IMG/VR virus record: IMGVR_UViG_3300027708_000025
Span: 86,108-150,107 of that record
DNA length: 64,000 bases
Direction: 5' to 3' (one strand)
DNA from: a virus
How positions within the stretch are numbered: the stretch's first letter is position 1; the number at the start of each line of letters is the position of its first letter. Both the position numbers and the translations under genes were made by a program. A model generated the notes under the pieces. That model did not search any database and was not told where the DNA came from. It was given only the letters and a program-made list of their open reading frames with translations. This document shows, piece after piece, positions 1-8,032 of this stretch.

Positions 1-725
1 GCGATAACAAGCAAGACTGCCATTGGGTCAAACACAAGAACCAAAAGAATAATAACGAATCGTACAGACTTATCTAGTAAACTGGAATCAACGCTGTCGC
101 CGTAGATTAGCGCCGCAATATATTTAATCGGACCAACTTCTGCTTCCACTTTACGAATTTCGGTGGCGATAGGTGCTCTTTCTTCATTAAGAGTCGAAAC
201 CCGCTTGTTATATGTTTCGATTTCTTTAAGTAAGCGACCACGTTCAGCCTGTTGGGCTTTGCGTAGACTTGCCGCTTTTTCTGCACCCTTTTCGTTTGTT
301 GAACGAACCATAACTTGGTCCACAGCTTCATCCATCTGTTTGAGAGTTTTGCGATTAACATCTATATTATCCTTTTCAACTTTAATCTTCTCATCGATAA
401 GTGCAATCTGTGCTTGTACATCACCACTTACTAAATTTTGATCGTTGTGTGCTTTAGAAAGATATCCAAAGATTCCCAATGATGTAATGAACATTAAAAT
501 TATAACTGCTATTGTAAAATAGTACTTCAAAAATCTTGGTGCAATTGTCCAATTCTTATATGCCCATGATGCGGCAATGAGTTTAGAAAATTCAAGCGCA
601 CCACCCATGATTGCAATTGGAATGGGGCTAGCCGCAAAGATAGCCATTAGACCAATAACAGAATAGTATGCGGCAATAGCAGAAAGAGATATTGCACTCA
701 ATAATGTAATCAAAGCAAATAGCAT
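1..725 (-). CDS. Hypothetical multi-pass membrane protein with central coiled coil (3' end runs off the window)
   Basis: Not in the ORF track because it has no stop in the window. Hand translation from ATG 725: MLFALITLLSAISLSAIAAYYSVIGLMAIF...GIFGYLSKAH, a coiled coil, then EAEVGPIKYIA...VIILLVLVFDPMAVLLVI. Open to the window edge; AGAGG Shine-Dalgarno upstream. Confidence 0.85.
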   Translation of the reverse strand, partial: MLFALITLLSAISLSAIAAYYSVIGLMAIFAASPIPIAIMGGALEFSKLIAASWAYKNWTIAPRFLKYYFTIAVIILMFITSLGIFGYLSKAHNDQNLVSGDVQAQIALIDEKIKVEKDNIDVNRKTLKQMDEAVDQVMVRSTNEKGAEKAASLRKAQQAERGRLLKEIETYNKRVSTLNEERAPIATEIRKVEAEVGPIKYIAALIYGDSVDSSLLDKSVRFVIILLVLVFDPMAVLLVI

Positions 726-727
726 AA

Positions 728-1135
728 TTATCCTCTAGTTAACAACAACACCTTATCAATCTGTTCTTGAATCTTTGCAGTACGATTCGGCCAATAGATA
801 TATTCTTTCTCTGGATTCTTCATCAGGTTAACAAGCAAAGGCATAATGAGTTGTTCTAATTCTTTTAGATTCTTTTTTACATCTACTATCATGTTCTGAC
901 GTTCTGCATCAAGTCCAAGTTTACCTTGATTGTATAGTGATAACATCGAATCTAATTTTTCTTCTACACGTTGTAGAGATTCTGAAGATTGTGCTACCGT
1001 TTGTTTAACAGTAACCGTATCTTCTAATGTATTTGGATCTGTGAGTCTAGTTAACGTTGATTCGTCAACTGCACTAAATCCAAAATCATCTTCTTTTCTA
1101 AACGCTAGGTACTCTGATGGTATTTTTGTACTCAT
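728..1135 (-). CDS. Hypothetical phage protein (DFGFSAVDE and EYIYWPNR motifs)
   Basis: ORF 728..1177; likely start ATG 1135 (MSTKIP), forming an ATGA overlap with the gp43 stop. Confidence 0.8.
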   Translation of the reverse strand: MSTKIPSEYLAFRKEDDFGFSAVDESTLTRLTDPNTLEDTVTVKQTVAQSSESLQRVEEKLDSMLSLYNQGKLGLDAERQNMIVDVKKNLKELEQLIMPLLVNLMKNPEKEYIYWPNRTAKIQEQIDKVLLLTRG

Positions 1136-3630
1136 GTGAAAAAGTTCTCCAATGAAGAAACACGTTCTGTCTTCCAACCAATTGTGTTTACGATTGTTTT
1201 TAATGGCTCAAGATATGCTTTATCAAACTGCGTATCGTAGTCGATATATTTTTCTACGCCAAACTCTTTTGGTAAGACTGTCAGAATAGAAAATACATTT
1301 TCTTGAACGGGATTTGGAACTTTCATGTAACAGAATTTAGTCTTATCGCCATCCTGAATAAGCTGATACTTCTTAGTCAGTTTATACTTTTTCAGAAACG
1401 TATTAAACATTATCGCACCACGCACATGCATAGGTGTGCCTTTTGAATATAGTTCCGAACTGCTCATGTATTTAGATAGATCACTAACACCACGTGGGAA
1501 TGCAATGTCTTCGAATGGAAGAGTTTTGAATTCTTGTTTGAATGCTTCAACGAAAGATTGAAAGTCTGTTTCATTACCATTCATCACAATCTTCAGAGAC
1601 TCTTTAATCTTATCTCTACATGACATTGGTGTGGAAGACTTGACAGCTTCGATGCCCATCATCTTTAGCTTTGGCTCTGCGAATCGAACACCTTCAGAAT
1701 CATACACGTTTAGAATGTAACGCTTCTTTGCAGTCCAGATGCCTTTGTTGGCAATCACTTCACGTTTCATCTGCATCTTCTGGTCGAATGCATTCATGTA
1801 GTCTGCTAGTTCTTGGTACGACTTGTCGATGAATGGTTCGAATTTTTCTGTACATGCTTTGTTGACGAAATCGACAATCGTTTCAACTTTCGTTTCACTC
1901 TTCGATCCATAGACCATATGTACCAGCGGACCAAGATTGACGTACACCGAGTCTGTATCTGACGCAATAACATAATCAATATCCTTAGTCTTCAATAGTT
2001 TGTTTAGATAACCATTCAACTTCATTTCAATCCATCGAATGGCTAGTTGACCAGACAGAGTAATTGCCTCTGCTTGGCGAATGTCAAAGAACCTAAAGTA
2101 TTGATTACCAAGTGCGCCATAAGCGGAGTTCAATTGTACTTTCTTTGCGAGTTGTAAGTTCTTGTACTTTGAAATCTGATTTGTTATTTCACGTTTACGT
2201 TCTTTGTCTGTTTCTTTTTCGTAAGCCTTTTGAGCCTCAATCATTTTCTTTTTGTACAATGACCGATCATCATACATGCGTTGCATCATAGCAGGCAGAA
2301 AGCCTTGCTTGTCACGCTTGAAGTAATGCCCATTGGCTGCCATGCAATATTCACCCTGTGCTTGATATTCGCTGTTCAGCAAATTATCAATAGAGATACT
2401 TGTGTGGCGACCTTCAATAATTGTTTCAGGTGAAACATTGTACTGCATAATCAAGTGTGGATACAATGAGTTCAAGTCAAACGACACAACCCATTCATGC
2501 ATACCAACAATTGGATCTTTTACATAAGCGCCAGCATACTGTTCATCTTTTGGTGTACGAACATTCTGCGGAACAACAATCTTCTGTTCAATCAATTCAT
2601 TATGAATCAAAGTATCCCACATGCGTACTTGCGTGAACACATCGGTGTAATTAACTTTAGCATCATATGCAAGTGCAAGTGCCATGTCAATCAATTGCAT
2701 CTTAGCATCAATACGATCCACAAGTTCAACGTCATGGATGTTATACTCAATAAACTTTTGAAAGTTTGTTCGGTACAACTGATGCAGACTTTCAACTTCA
2801 GAGTAGTCTAATTTCTTTTCACCAAGTTCAAGATACGCAATGTGATTAAGACTAAAACTTTCTTGTTGTGAGTATGTAAACTTCTTGTATAGTTCAATGT
2901 AATCAAGAATAGCAATACCCACCAAGTCAAATGCTACTTGCTGTTTGTTATGGATCGTAGTTGTACGTTCACCGATTCTACGAAATGGTGATAGACGTTT
3001 TGCAGTATTGTCGCCCATGAGTTTTGTGATACGATTGTTCAGATATGGAATATCAAAGAATTGAATGTTCCAACCAGTTACAATGTCTGGAGATGTTTCT
3101 TCCCACATGTCAAGGAAGCGCATGATAAGATTATTCTCATCACGACACTTCATGTACGTTACGTCATCACGATTGGTTTCAAAGTCACCACAGCCAAACA
3201 CATAGAAGTGTCCAGCTATCTTAAACGTGATTGCTGTAATTGGCTCAGTCGCAGACGCAGGTTCAGGAAAACCATTTTCAGAACCAACCTCAATGTCAAT
3301 ATTTGCAATCTTAATTTGTTCTGGATCATAATCTACTTTACCAGGATACGCCTCATTGATATAAACGTAAGGGAAATTTGTTGAGCCATACACTTTGAAG
3401 TTGTCAACGTCTTCATATCGTTTCATAAACTCAGTAGCATCACGCATGGTGCCTTGTGATACAGGCGCAACCGCTTGCCCGTCTAGTGTTTTATAATCAG
3501 AGTCTTTACCACTAGCAGATACGTACAATACTGGATTGTATTCTATCTTATCATTGAATCTCTTGCCATTGTTATAACCACGAACAAGAATATGATTTCC
3601 GAGTTTAGAGAAGTGTGTGTAAAATTTCAT
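1132..3630 (-). CDS. gp43: Family B DNA polymerase (T4 gp43-like)
   Basis: Exonuclease motifs DIEV, TGWNIQFFDIPY and YNIHDVELV; polymerase motifs SFDLNSLYPH, KVQLNSAYG, ASDTDS and KKRY. Confidence 0.98.
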   Translation of the reverse strand: MKFYTHFSKLGNHILVRGYNNGKRFNDKIEYNPVLYVSASGKDSDYKTLDGQAVAPVSQGTMRDATEFMKRYEDVDNFKVYGSTNFPYVYINEAYPGKVDYDPEQIKIANIDIEVGSENGFPEPASATEPITAITFKIAGHFYVFGCGDFETNRDDVTYMKCRDENNLIMRFLDMWEETSPDIVTGWNIQFFDIPYLNNRITKLMGDNTAKRLSPFRRIGERTTTIHNKQQVAFDLVGIAILDYIELYKKFTYSQQESFSLNHIAYLELGEKKLDYSEVESLHQLYRTNFQKFIEYNIHDVELVDRIDAKMQLIDMALALAYDAKVNYTDVFTQVRMWDTLIHNELIEQKIVVPQNVRTPKDEQYAGAYVKDPIVGMHEWVVSFDLNSLYPHLIMQYNVSPETIIEGRHTSISIDNLLNSEYQAQGEYCMAANGHYFKRDKQGFLPAMMQRMYDDRSLYKKKMIEAQKAYEKETDKERKREITNQISKYKNLQLAKKVQLNSAYGALGNQYFRFFDIRQAEAITLSGQLAIRWIEMKLNGYLNKLLKTKDIDYVIASDTDSVYVNLGPLVHMVYGSKSETKVETIVDFVNKACTEKFEPFIDKSYQELADYMNAFDQKMQMKREVIANKGIWTAKKRYILNVYDSEGVRFAEPKLKMMGIEAVKSSTPMSCRDKIKESLKIVMNGNETDFQSFVEAFKQEFKTLPFEDIAFPRGVSDLSKYMSSSELYSKGTPMHVRGAIMFNTFLKKYKLTKKYQLIQDGDKTKFCYMKVPNPVQENVFSILTVLPKEFGVEKYIDYDTQFDKAYLEPLKTIVNTIGWKTERVSSLENFFT

Positions 3631-3935
3631 TAAATAATAATAGATTGTGTCTTAGGCATAACTATACCTGAGCCGTATATCTCATTATACTTGTTTTCAA
3701 TCTCGGGCGCAACTGTTACATCATAGATTACGTTGGCACGATTGATATCTACCTTCTTTTGTTCAGAGAAGATAAGCATAGGTTGCATTTGAAGACTTGC
3801 TTTGCCATTTGGTCCCATTGCAATTGCAAGTAAGCATGGGTTTTCAATTGAAAATATAGCACCATTACGTTCTGTAATGTTACCAACAATTTCTTCACCA
3901 GTGCTTAATTTTAAAATTCTAAGTTCATTTTGCAT
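3630..3935 (-). CDS. Hypothetical protein, probable Sm-like beta-barrel
   Basis: ILKLSTGEEIVG N-terminus; GGAG SD; TAATG coupling to gp43. Confidence 0.75.
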   Translation of the reverse strand: MQNELRILKLSTGEEIVGNITERNGAIFSIENPCLLAIAMGPNGKASLQMQPMLIFSEQKKVDINRANVIYDVTVAPEIENKYNEIYGSGIVMPKTQSIII

Positions 3936-3952
3936 AATATATCTCCATAATT

Positions 3953-3979
3953 AAAAATGGGTGCCATTGCGGCACCCAT
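3953..3979 (-). terminator. Intrinsic terminator after the hsp20/micro-ORF unit
   Basis: Minus strand ATGGGTGCC-GCAAT-GGCACCCAT followed by TTTT. Confidence 0.8.
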
Positions 3980-3983
3980 GGTG

Positions 3984-4049
3984 TTATTTAAAACGCTCTG
4001 GGAAGTTTAAACGTTCCCACTCTTCATCGGATACTGGCCACCAGTTCAT
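3984..4049 (-). CDS. 21-aa micro-protein MNWWPVSDEEWERLNFPERFK
   Basis: Hand translation; ATGA overlap with the upstream micro-ORF stop; ends just before the terminator. Confidence 0.5.
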   Translation of the reverse strand: MNWWPVSDEEWERLNFPERFK

Positions 4050-4132
4050 ATCCAACCTTTTAGATCAATAATTGGATGTACTTCCCAACCATCTCTCTTC
4101 CATCTTAGAAGCATTAGTAGCGCATCAATCAT
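4046..4132 (-). CDS. 28-aa micro-protein MIDALLMLLRWKRDGWEVHPIIDLKGWI
   Basis: Hand translation; ATGA overlaps at both ends; AAGG upstream. Confidence 0.5.
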   Translation of the reverse strand: MIDALLMLLRWKRDGWEVHPIIDLKGWI

Positions 4133-4290
4133 AGCATACCTTTGCGTACTAATTCTTGCTGTTTGTTTTCCAAATCTTTATGGTCTACAGATTGCGATAG
4201 ATAGTATTCAGCAAAACCTTTTGCTTTATAAGATTTTGCTTCTTGAATACCTTCAAGAATTGCCATGAAGAATTTTTTTACTGATTTCAT
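4129..4290 (-). CDS. 53-aa small protein, DUF3563-like
   Basis: MKSVKKFFMAILEGIQEAKSYKAKGFAEYYLSQSVDHKDLENKQQELVRKGML; the YLSQSVDxxDLE motif recalls DUF3563; ATGA overlap with the hsp20 stop. Confidence 0.7.
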   Translation of the reverse strand: MKSVKKFFMAILEGIQEAKSYKAKGFAEYYLSQSVDHKDLENKQQELVRKGML

Positions 4291-4790
4291 AATACATCAT
4301 CCTCAGTTAAATATTCTTTAGAAGTTTTTTTAGTTTTAGATTCAGCATCCTTAACTTCAATCTTCTTTGGCTTCTTGTGTTCTGGAATGATTCGTTCCAA
4401 AGCAATCTTCAACATGCCATTAATCAAAGCGGCATCTTGAATTTCGATTTGGTCATCAAGTGCAAATGTGCGAGTGAATGCACGATTGGCGATTCCTTTG
4501 AACAAGAAATTATCGTTATCGTCTTGTGTATTACCAGAAACAATAAGTTTATTGGCTTCTAATGTGATATCGATTTCTTGTTTACCAAAACCAGCAACAG
4601 CAATTTCAATGACATAAGTGTTGTCACCAGTCTTGCGAATGTTGTAAGGTGGGTAGTTTGGAATGTTTTTAGTTAAATCGTCATGCATCTTTGCCATGCG
4701 ATTAAATTGGTCATCAAAGCCGACAAAGAATTTGTCAAAATCTTTAAAACCTGTTCCACCAAAGATAGTGGGTAATGGTGTGTGTCCCAT
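4287..4790 (-). CDS. hsp20: Small heat-shock protein (Hsp20/IbpA family)
   Basis: NYPPYNI, IEIAVAGF, KGIANRAFTRTF, A-x-L-x-NGMLKI and IPEHKKPKKIEV motifs. Confidence 0.96.
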   Translation of the reverse strand: MGHTPLPTIFGGTGFKDFDKFFVGFDDQFNRMAKMHDDLTKNIPNYPPYNIRKTGDNTYVIEIAVAGFGKQEIDITLEANKLIVSGNTQDDNDNFLFKGIANRAFTRTFALDDQIEIQDAALINGMLKIALERIIPEHKKPKKIEVKDAESKTKKTSKEYLTEDDVL

Positions 4791-4797
4791 AGTTTTT

Positions 4798-4812
4798 CTC
4801 CTATTAAGCGAG
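4798..4812 (-). promoter_or_regulatory. ROSE-like RNA thermometer hairpin sequestering the hsp20 Shine-Dalgarno
   Basis: Minus strand CUCGCU-UAAU-AGGAG: a UCGCU motif with a bulged G pairs with AGGAG, 7 nt before the hsp20 AUG. Confidence 0.7.
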
Positions 4813-4819
4813 TTTAAAA

Positions 4820-4947
4820 AATTTGATACCCCGAAGGCATATCATTAAAATCCTGCTTACTGAATACAGGGGTACCATAACGTTGTACCAGCGTTAGACG
4901 CTCCTAAGGTAGAAGAGCCATTAACGTTCCCATCCCTGAGATACGTT
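4820..4947 (-). ncRNA. Candidate structured RNA / hsp20 leader
   Basis: GC-richer non-coding stretch with at least five hairpins (GGGA loop, CUACCUU loop, GGUAC/GUACC, CCUG/CAGG, C-UUCG-G) directly after a TATAAATA promoter. Confidence 0.5.
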
Positions 4948-4955
4948 TATTTATA
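4948..4955 (-). promoter_or_regulatory. T4-type late promoter (TATAAATA)
   Basis: Exact consensus in intergenic DNA upstream of the hsp20 leader. Confidence 0.75.
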
Positions 4956-4960
4956 ACAGA

Positions 4961-5188
4961 TTAAGCCTGTCCAACCATTCTGCGTGAAACAAAATATGTT
5001 GTGTTACCTTCTGTGTTCATATCTTTACGAACCTTGTAGCCGCTTTGGCGCAAGTCGCTGATACGGGCACGAAGGTTTTTAATGCCAAACAAAGACCTTG
5101 CTTGGGGTGCAGAGATTCCACGACCTGTACCACGCAAGTACGATACCAAGAGTTCTGTCTGTGTTTTGCTAGAATTTACAAATGCCAT
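4961..5188 (-). CDS. Small winged helix-turn-helix DNA-binding protein
   Basis: LVSYLRGTGRGISAPQARSLFGIKNLRARISDLRQSGYKV pattern; GAGG SD. Confidence 0.8.
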   Translation of the reverse strand: MAFVNSSKTQTELLVSYLRGTGRGISAPQARSLFGIKNLRARISDLRQSGYKVRKDMNTEGNTTYFVSRRMVGQA

Positions 5189-5231
5189 TTTAAATACCTC
5201 ATCAATTAATGATAAAAAAGAATGCTAAGAA

Positions 5232-5456
5232 TTATTTCTTAGCAGGTGTTTCAGCCTCTGTTTTTTTTGCGGCTTTCTCTTTTGGAGTAATCACTTTAGG
5301 ATGTGGTTTCTCTTTAGAGTCTGCTTTAGCGGCAGGTGCTGATGCTGTTGTTGCAGGTTTGTCAGCAGGTTTTGTTTCTGCTGGTTTGTCTGCCGCAACG
5401 GCAACTAGGGAGAGAGTAGTAAGTGCTACTGCTGTCAATACTTTAATGGATTTCAT
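5232..5456 (-). CDS. Secreted/periplasmic Lys/Ala/Pro-rich low-complexity protein
   Basis: Start ATG 5456 with AGGAG SD; signal peptide MKSIKVLTAVALTTLSLVAVA followed by ADKPA repeats. Confidence 0.8.
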   Translation of the reverse strand: MKSIKVLTAVALTTLSLVAVAADKPAETKPADKPATTASAPAAKADSKEKPHPKVITPKEKAAKKTEAETPAKK

Positions 5457-5484
5457 AGAATCTCCTAATTTGTTTTGAGATAAC

Positions 5485-5513
5485 ATTATCTCATAATATA
5501 TAACGTTTGTCAA
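5485..5513 (-). promoter_or_regulatory. Sigma70-type promoter
   Basis: TTGACA-17 bp-GATAAT with TGn extension; the -35 overlaps the dps stop codon. Confidence 0.65.
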
Positions 5514-5947
5514 GCCTTTAAGGTTGACCTAATCATCCATGCGTGTTTACCAAATGCATCTTGGCGATCAGCCATAAAATTACTTATGTTGTGTGCATGA
5601 TTTTGTTCGGCAAGTTCGTATGCACGTTCAATGCTTGCTAACATTACTGGAATGTCTTCTGATAATCTTTGTAACATTACTTCTGCTGGTGACACAGTTT
5701 CATCACCTTGAATTTGTGATAACTGAATAAATCGATTAAAACTTCCTGGTGCATATGAATCCAATGAACGAATTTCTTCTGCAATTTTATCCACAACGCC
5801 GTAAACTTCAGTATAAATGTTTTCTAAGAATTCGTGATACTGAGGAAAGTTAGGACCAGTTATGTTCCAATGATAGTAATGTGCCTTCAAATAAAATGCG
5901 TAATGATTTGCCAAAACTACTTTTAATGATTGTACTAGTTCTTCCAT
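5510..5947 (-). CDS. dps: Dps-family ferritin-like DNA protection protein
   Basis: YLKAHYYHWNITGPNFPQYHEFLE, DKIAEEIR and KHAWMIRS ferroxidase/Dps motifs. Confidence 0.93.
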   Translation of the reverse strand: MEELVQSLKVVLANHYAFYLKAHYYHWNITGPNFPQYHEFLENIYTEVYGVVDKIAEEIRSLDSYAPGSFNRFIQLSQIQGDETVSPAEVMLQRLSEDIPVMLASIERAYELAEQNHAHNISNFMADRQDAFGKHAWMIRSTLKA

Positions 5948-6361
5948 TTAATTTTCTTCCCTCTTTTTGCTTCCGATGTTATACTTTGCTGTTAATAACC
6001 ATTCATCTTTTTCTTTATATGAAATAATTTTAATCTGTGATAAAGGTGCAATTGGTTGTTCGGTATCTGTTGCTTTAGGAACAATTTCAATCAGTCCCCA
6101 TTCAGCTAATAGTTTACCTATCGTATTACGTCTTGCTAAATCGTTTTCTTCAAAGTCAGTTGGTTTGCCATCTAATGCAAATAACTCTTTAAAATGTACA
6201 ATATAATATTTTCCTTTTTTATGTAAAATATGACACGATTGATATAGAGTTTTATCTTTTCTAGATGCTACACCTATTCTTGTCAATGTTTCTTTTACCT
6301 TAAGAAAATCATCATCTTGCTTTAATCTTACTTCAAGTAAGTCTTCAATGTTCACCGCCAT
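5948..6361 (-). CDS. regA: Translational repressor RegA
   Basis: DDFLKVKETLTRIGVASRK..LYQSCHILHKKGKYYIVHFKELFALDG. Confidence 0.97.
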   Translation of the reverse strand: MAVNIEDLLEVRLKQDDDFLKVKETLTRIGVASRKDKTLYQSCHILHKKGKYYIVHFKELFALDGKPTDFEENDLARRNTIGKLLAEWGLIEIVPKATDTEQPIAPLSQIKIISYKEKDEWLLTAKYNIGSKKREEN

Positions 6362-6764
6362 TCTTTTTCTCCTTAGACTTCAATCCACCTTTTTCTAGTT
6401 TTTGTCGCATGATTTTAAGTTGATCGGAGGTTATGAGATTCTGTACTTGTTTAGCTTTAGCATAACTATAGCCAAAATATTCTGAAATCACATTAATGTC
6501 CTCAACTATTTCATTCTTAAACCATTTGCTGAACCTTTTTCGTGGTCTGATGGTATTTAGTAAATAGAGAAACTGAGGTTTGTTGTCTAAGAGATGACGG
6601 CTGTTCATCTCATTTGCATATAAGATTGTGTCTGAAAAGTAAGATAGTCCTTTATTAACGATGTACGCATTGTACGATTTTTCGGATAAGTCATCATTGT
6701 CAGTACCAACCATCATGTTTTCTTTTGATTGGTTGATAGCGTTTAAATAGTCAAATGGTGTCAT
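6345..6764 (-). CDS. gp62: Clamp loader small subunit
   Basis: PFDYLNAIN, YANEMN, RPRKRFSKW and YFGYS motifs; synteny gp44-gp62-regA. Confidence 0.93.
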   Translation of the reverse strand: MTPFDYLNAINQSKENMMVGTDNDDLSEKSYNAYIVNKGLSYFSDTILYANEMNSRHLLDNKPQFLYLLNTIRPRKRFSKWFKNEIVEDINVISEYFGYSYAKAKQVQNLITSDQLKIMRQKLEKGGLKSKEKKNGGEH

Positions 6765-7699
6765 TTGAATTCACAGTCAACCATTACTTCGGTTAAGAAA
6801 GCGACAAAGTTGATTTCTTGGTCAACGACAAATGCAGACTTGTATTGATAGTCAGCAAGCAATAGAACCATACGTGGAATAGAATCGGGTTTCAAACATT
6901 CGTTGCTATTGTCAAAGATTCGTTTGAATAATACTGATGGTTCATTGTCTAGATTTTCTGCAACCCACTTACGCATACCCGTGAAGTCTTTTGCTTTCAA
7001 TCTTTCAACCAATGTCTTGAAATTGTCACTTGAGATATTTGCAAGAATTCCAGTATCAATCTTACCCGTAGCAGAGTAACGTTGCAGTTCATTGAGAACA
7101 CGCCTCCAATCAGGAAAGTGTTTCATAATAAGTTCAGCAACAACTTTTTCTTCAAACTCTACATTTTCTTTTTGCAGAATGCCAGTCATGCGTTTCATAA
7201 AACGACCAGCAAGTTTTGGCTTGTCTGCGGCGTTTATCTTAAATTGTACAACAGAGCACCGGCTATGAAGTGGGGCGATGATACGATTAAGAAAGTTGCA
7301 AGTAAGGATAAAACCACAGTTAGCAGAAAACTCTTCCATGAAGTTCCTGAGTGCGGGTTGAGTAGATTGAGGGTTAAGGTAATCAGCCTCATCAAGTATG
7401 ACATATTTTCTTCCACCAGAGAATGATACAGTTGATGCAAAGTTTTTAATTTCATTGCGTAGCGTATCAATGTTGCCGTTCATTGATCCATTGATAACAA
7501 TATAATTACATCCAAGTTCTTCAAGCATAGCCTTTGCGATAGTAGTTTTACCTACACCAGGACCGCCTGTAAGAATTAGATTGGGTACGTTCTTTTGCTC
7601 AACGAATTGTTGGAACGTAGCCTTTAAGTCTGCTGGAAGAATTGTGTCTTCAACAGTTTTTGGTCGATACTTCTCGACCCACAAAAAATCTTGTAGCAT
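6761..7699 (-). CDS. gp44: Clamp loader ATPase subunit
   Basis: LWVEKYRP, Walker A GGPGVGKT, ILDEAD and SRC motifs. Confidence 0.97.
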   Translation of the reverse strand: MLQDFLWVEKYRPKTVEDTILPADLKATFQQFVEQKNVPNLILTGGPGVGKTTIAKAMLEELGCNYIVINGSMNGNIDTLRNEIKNFASTVSFSGGRKYVILDEADYLNPQSTQPALRNFMEEFSANCGFILTCNFLNRIIAPLHSRCSVVQFKINAADKPKLAGRFMKRMTGILQKENVEFEEKVVAELIMKHFPDWRRVLNELQRYSATGKIDTGILANISSDNFKTLVERLKAKDFTGMRKWVAENLDNEPSVLFKRIFDNSNECLKPDSIPRMVLLLADYQYKSAFVVDQEINFVAFLTEVMVDCEFK

Positions 7700-7728
7700 G
7701 TGTTCACCTTATCATAACATAAAAATAT

Positions 7729-7757
7729 ATTCTAACACATTGCATGTTAGAATGCAA
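7729..7757 (-). promoter_or_regulatory. Sigma70-type promoter for gp44 overlapped by a 9-bp inverted repeat
   Basis: TTGCAT-17 bp-TAGAAT; inverted repeat ATTCTAACA-N7-TGTTAGAAT. Confidence 0.55.
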
Positions 7758-7764
7758 GCGAGTG

Positions 7765-8028
7765 TTACTTAGCCACACTCTCATAGAGGGTCTCAACATC
7801 ATCTTGTTCTTGTTGGACCTCGGTGAAGTTTTGTTTGTGATAAATCTTTGCAAGTTTGCGAGTATACTTTTTAGGCAACTCAAATTTATCTTCCACGCTA
7901 GTAAGAATGTCTTTAATCAAATCACGTTCTGCTTCAATGCGAGTAAGTGAGTTTGAAATTTCAACAAGTGCATCCAGAATCTTTTTACGATCCTCTGGAG
8001 AAGACGGAACAATTACGTTACTACTCAT
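7765..8028 (-). CDS. dsbA: T4 DsbA-like double-stranded DNA-binding protein
   Basis: Likely start 8028 (MSSNVIV); EISNSLTRIEAERDLIKDI...KLAKIYHKQNF helical pattern. Confidence 0.75.
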   Translation of the reverse strand: MSSNVIVPSSPEDRKKILDALVEISNSLTRIEAERDLIKDILTSVEDKFELPKKYTRKLAKIYHKQNFTEVQQEQDDVETLYESVAK

Positions 8029-8032
8029 TATA

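Noticed and set aside
107-361. 84-aa minus-strand ORF
   Set aside because: Out-of-frame overlap within the longer membrane-protein gene at 1-725.
4820-4947. tRNA in the hsp20 leader
   Set aside because: No cloverleaf, TTCRA T-loop or acceptor stem.
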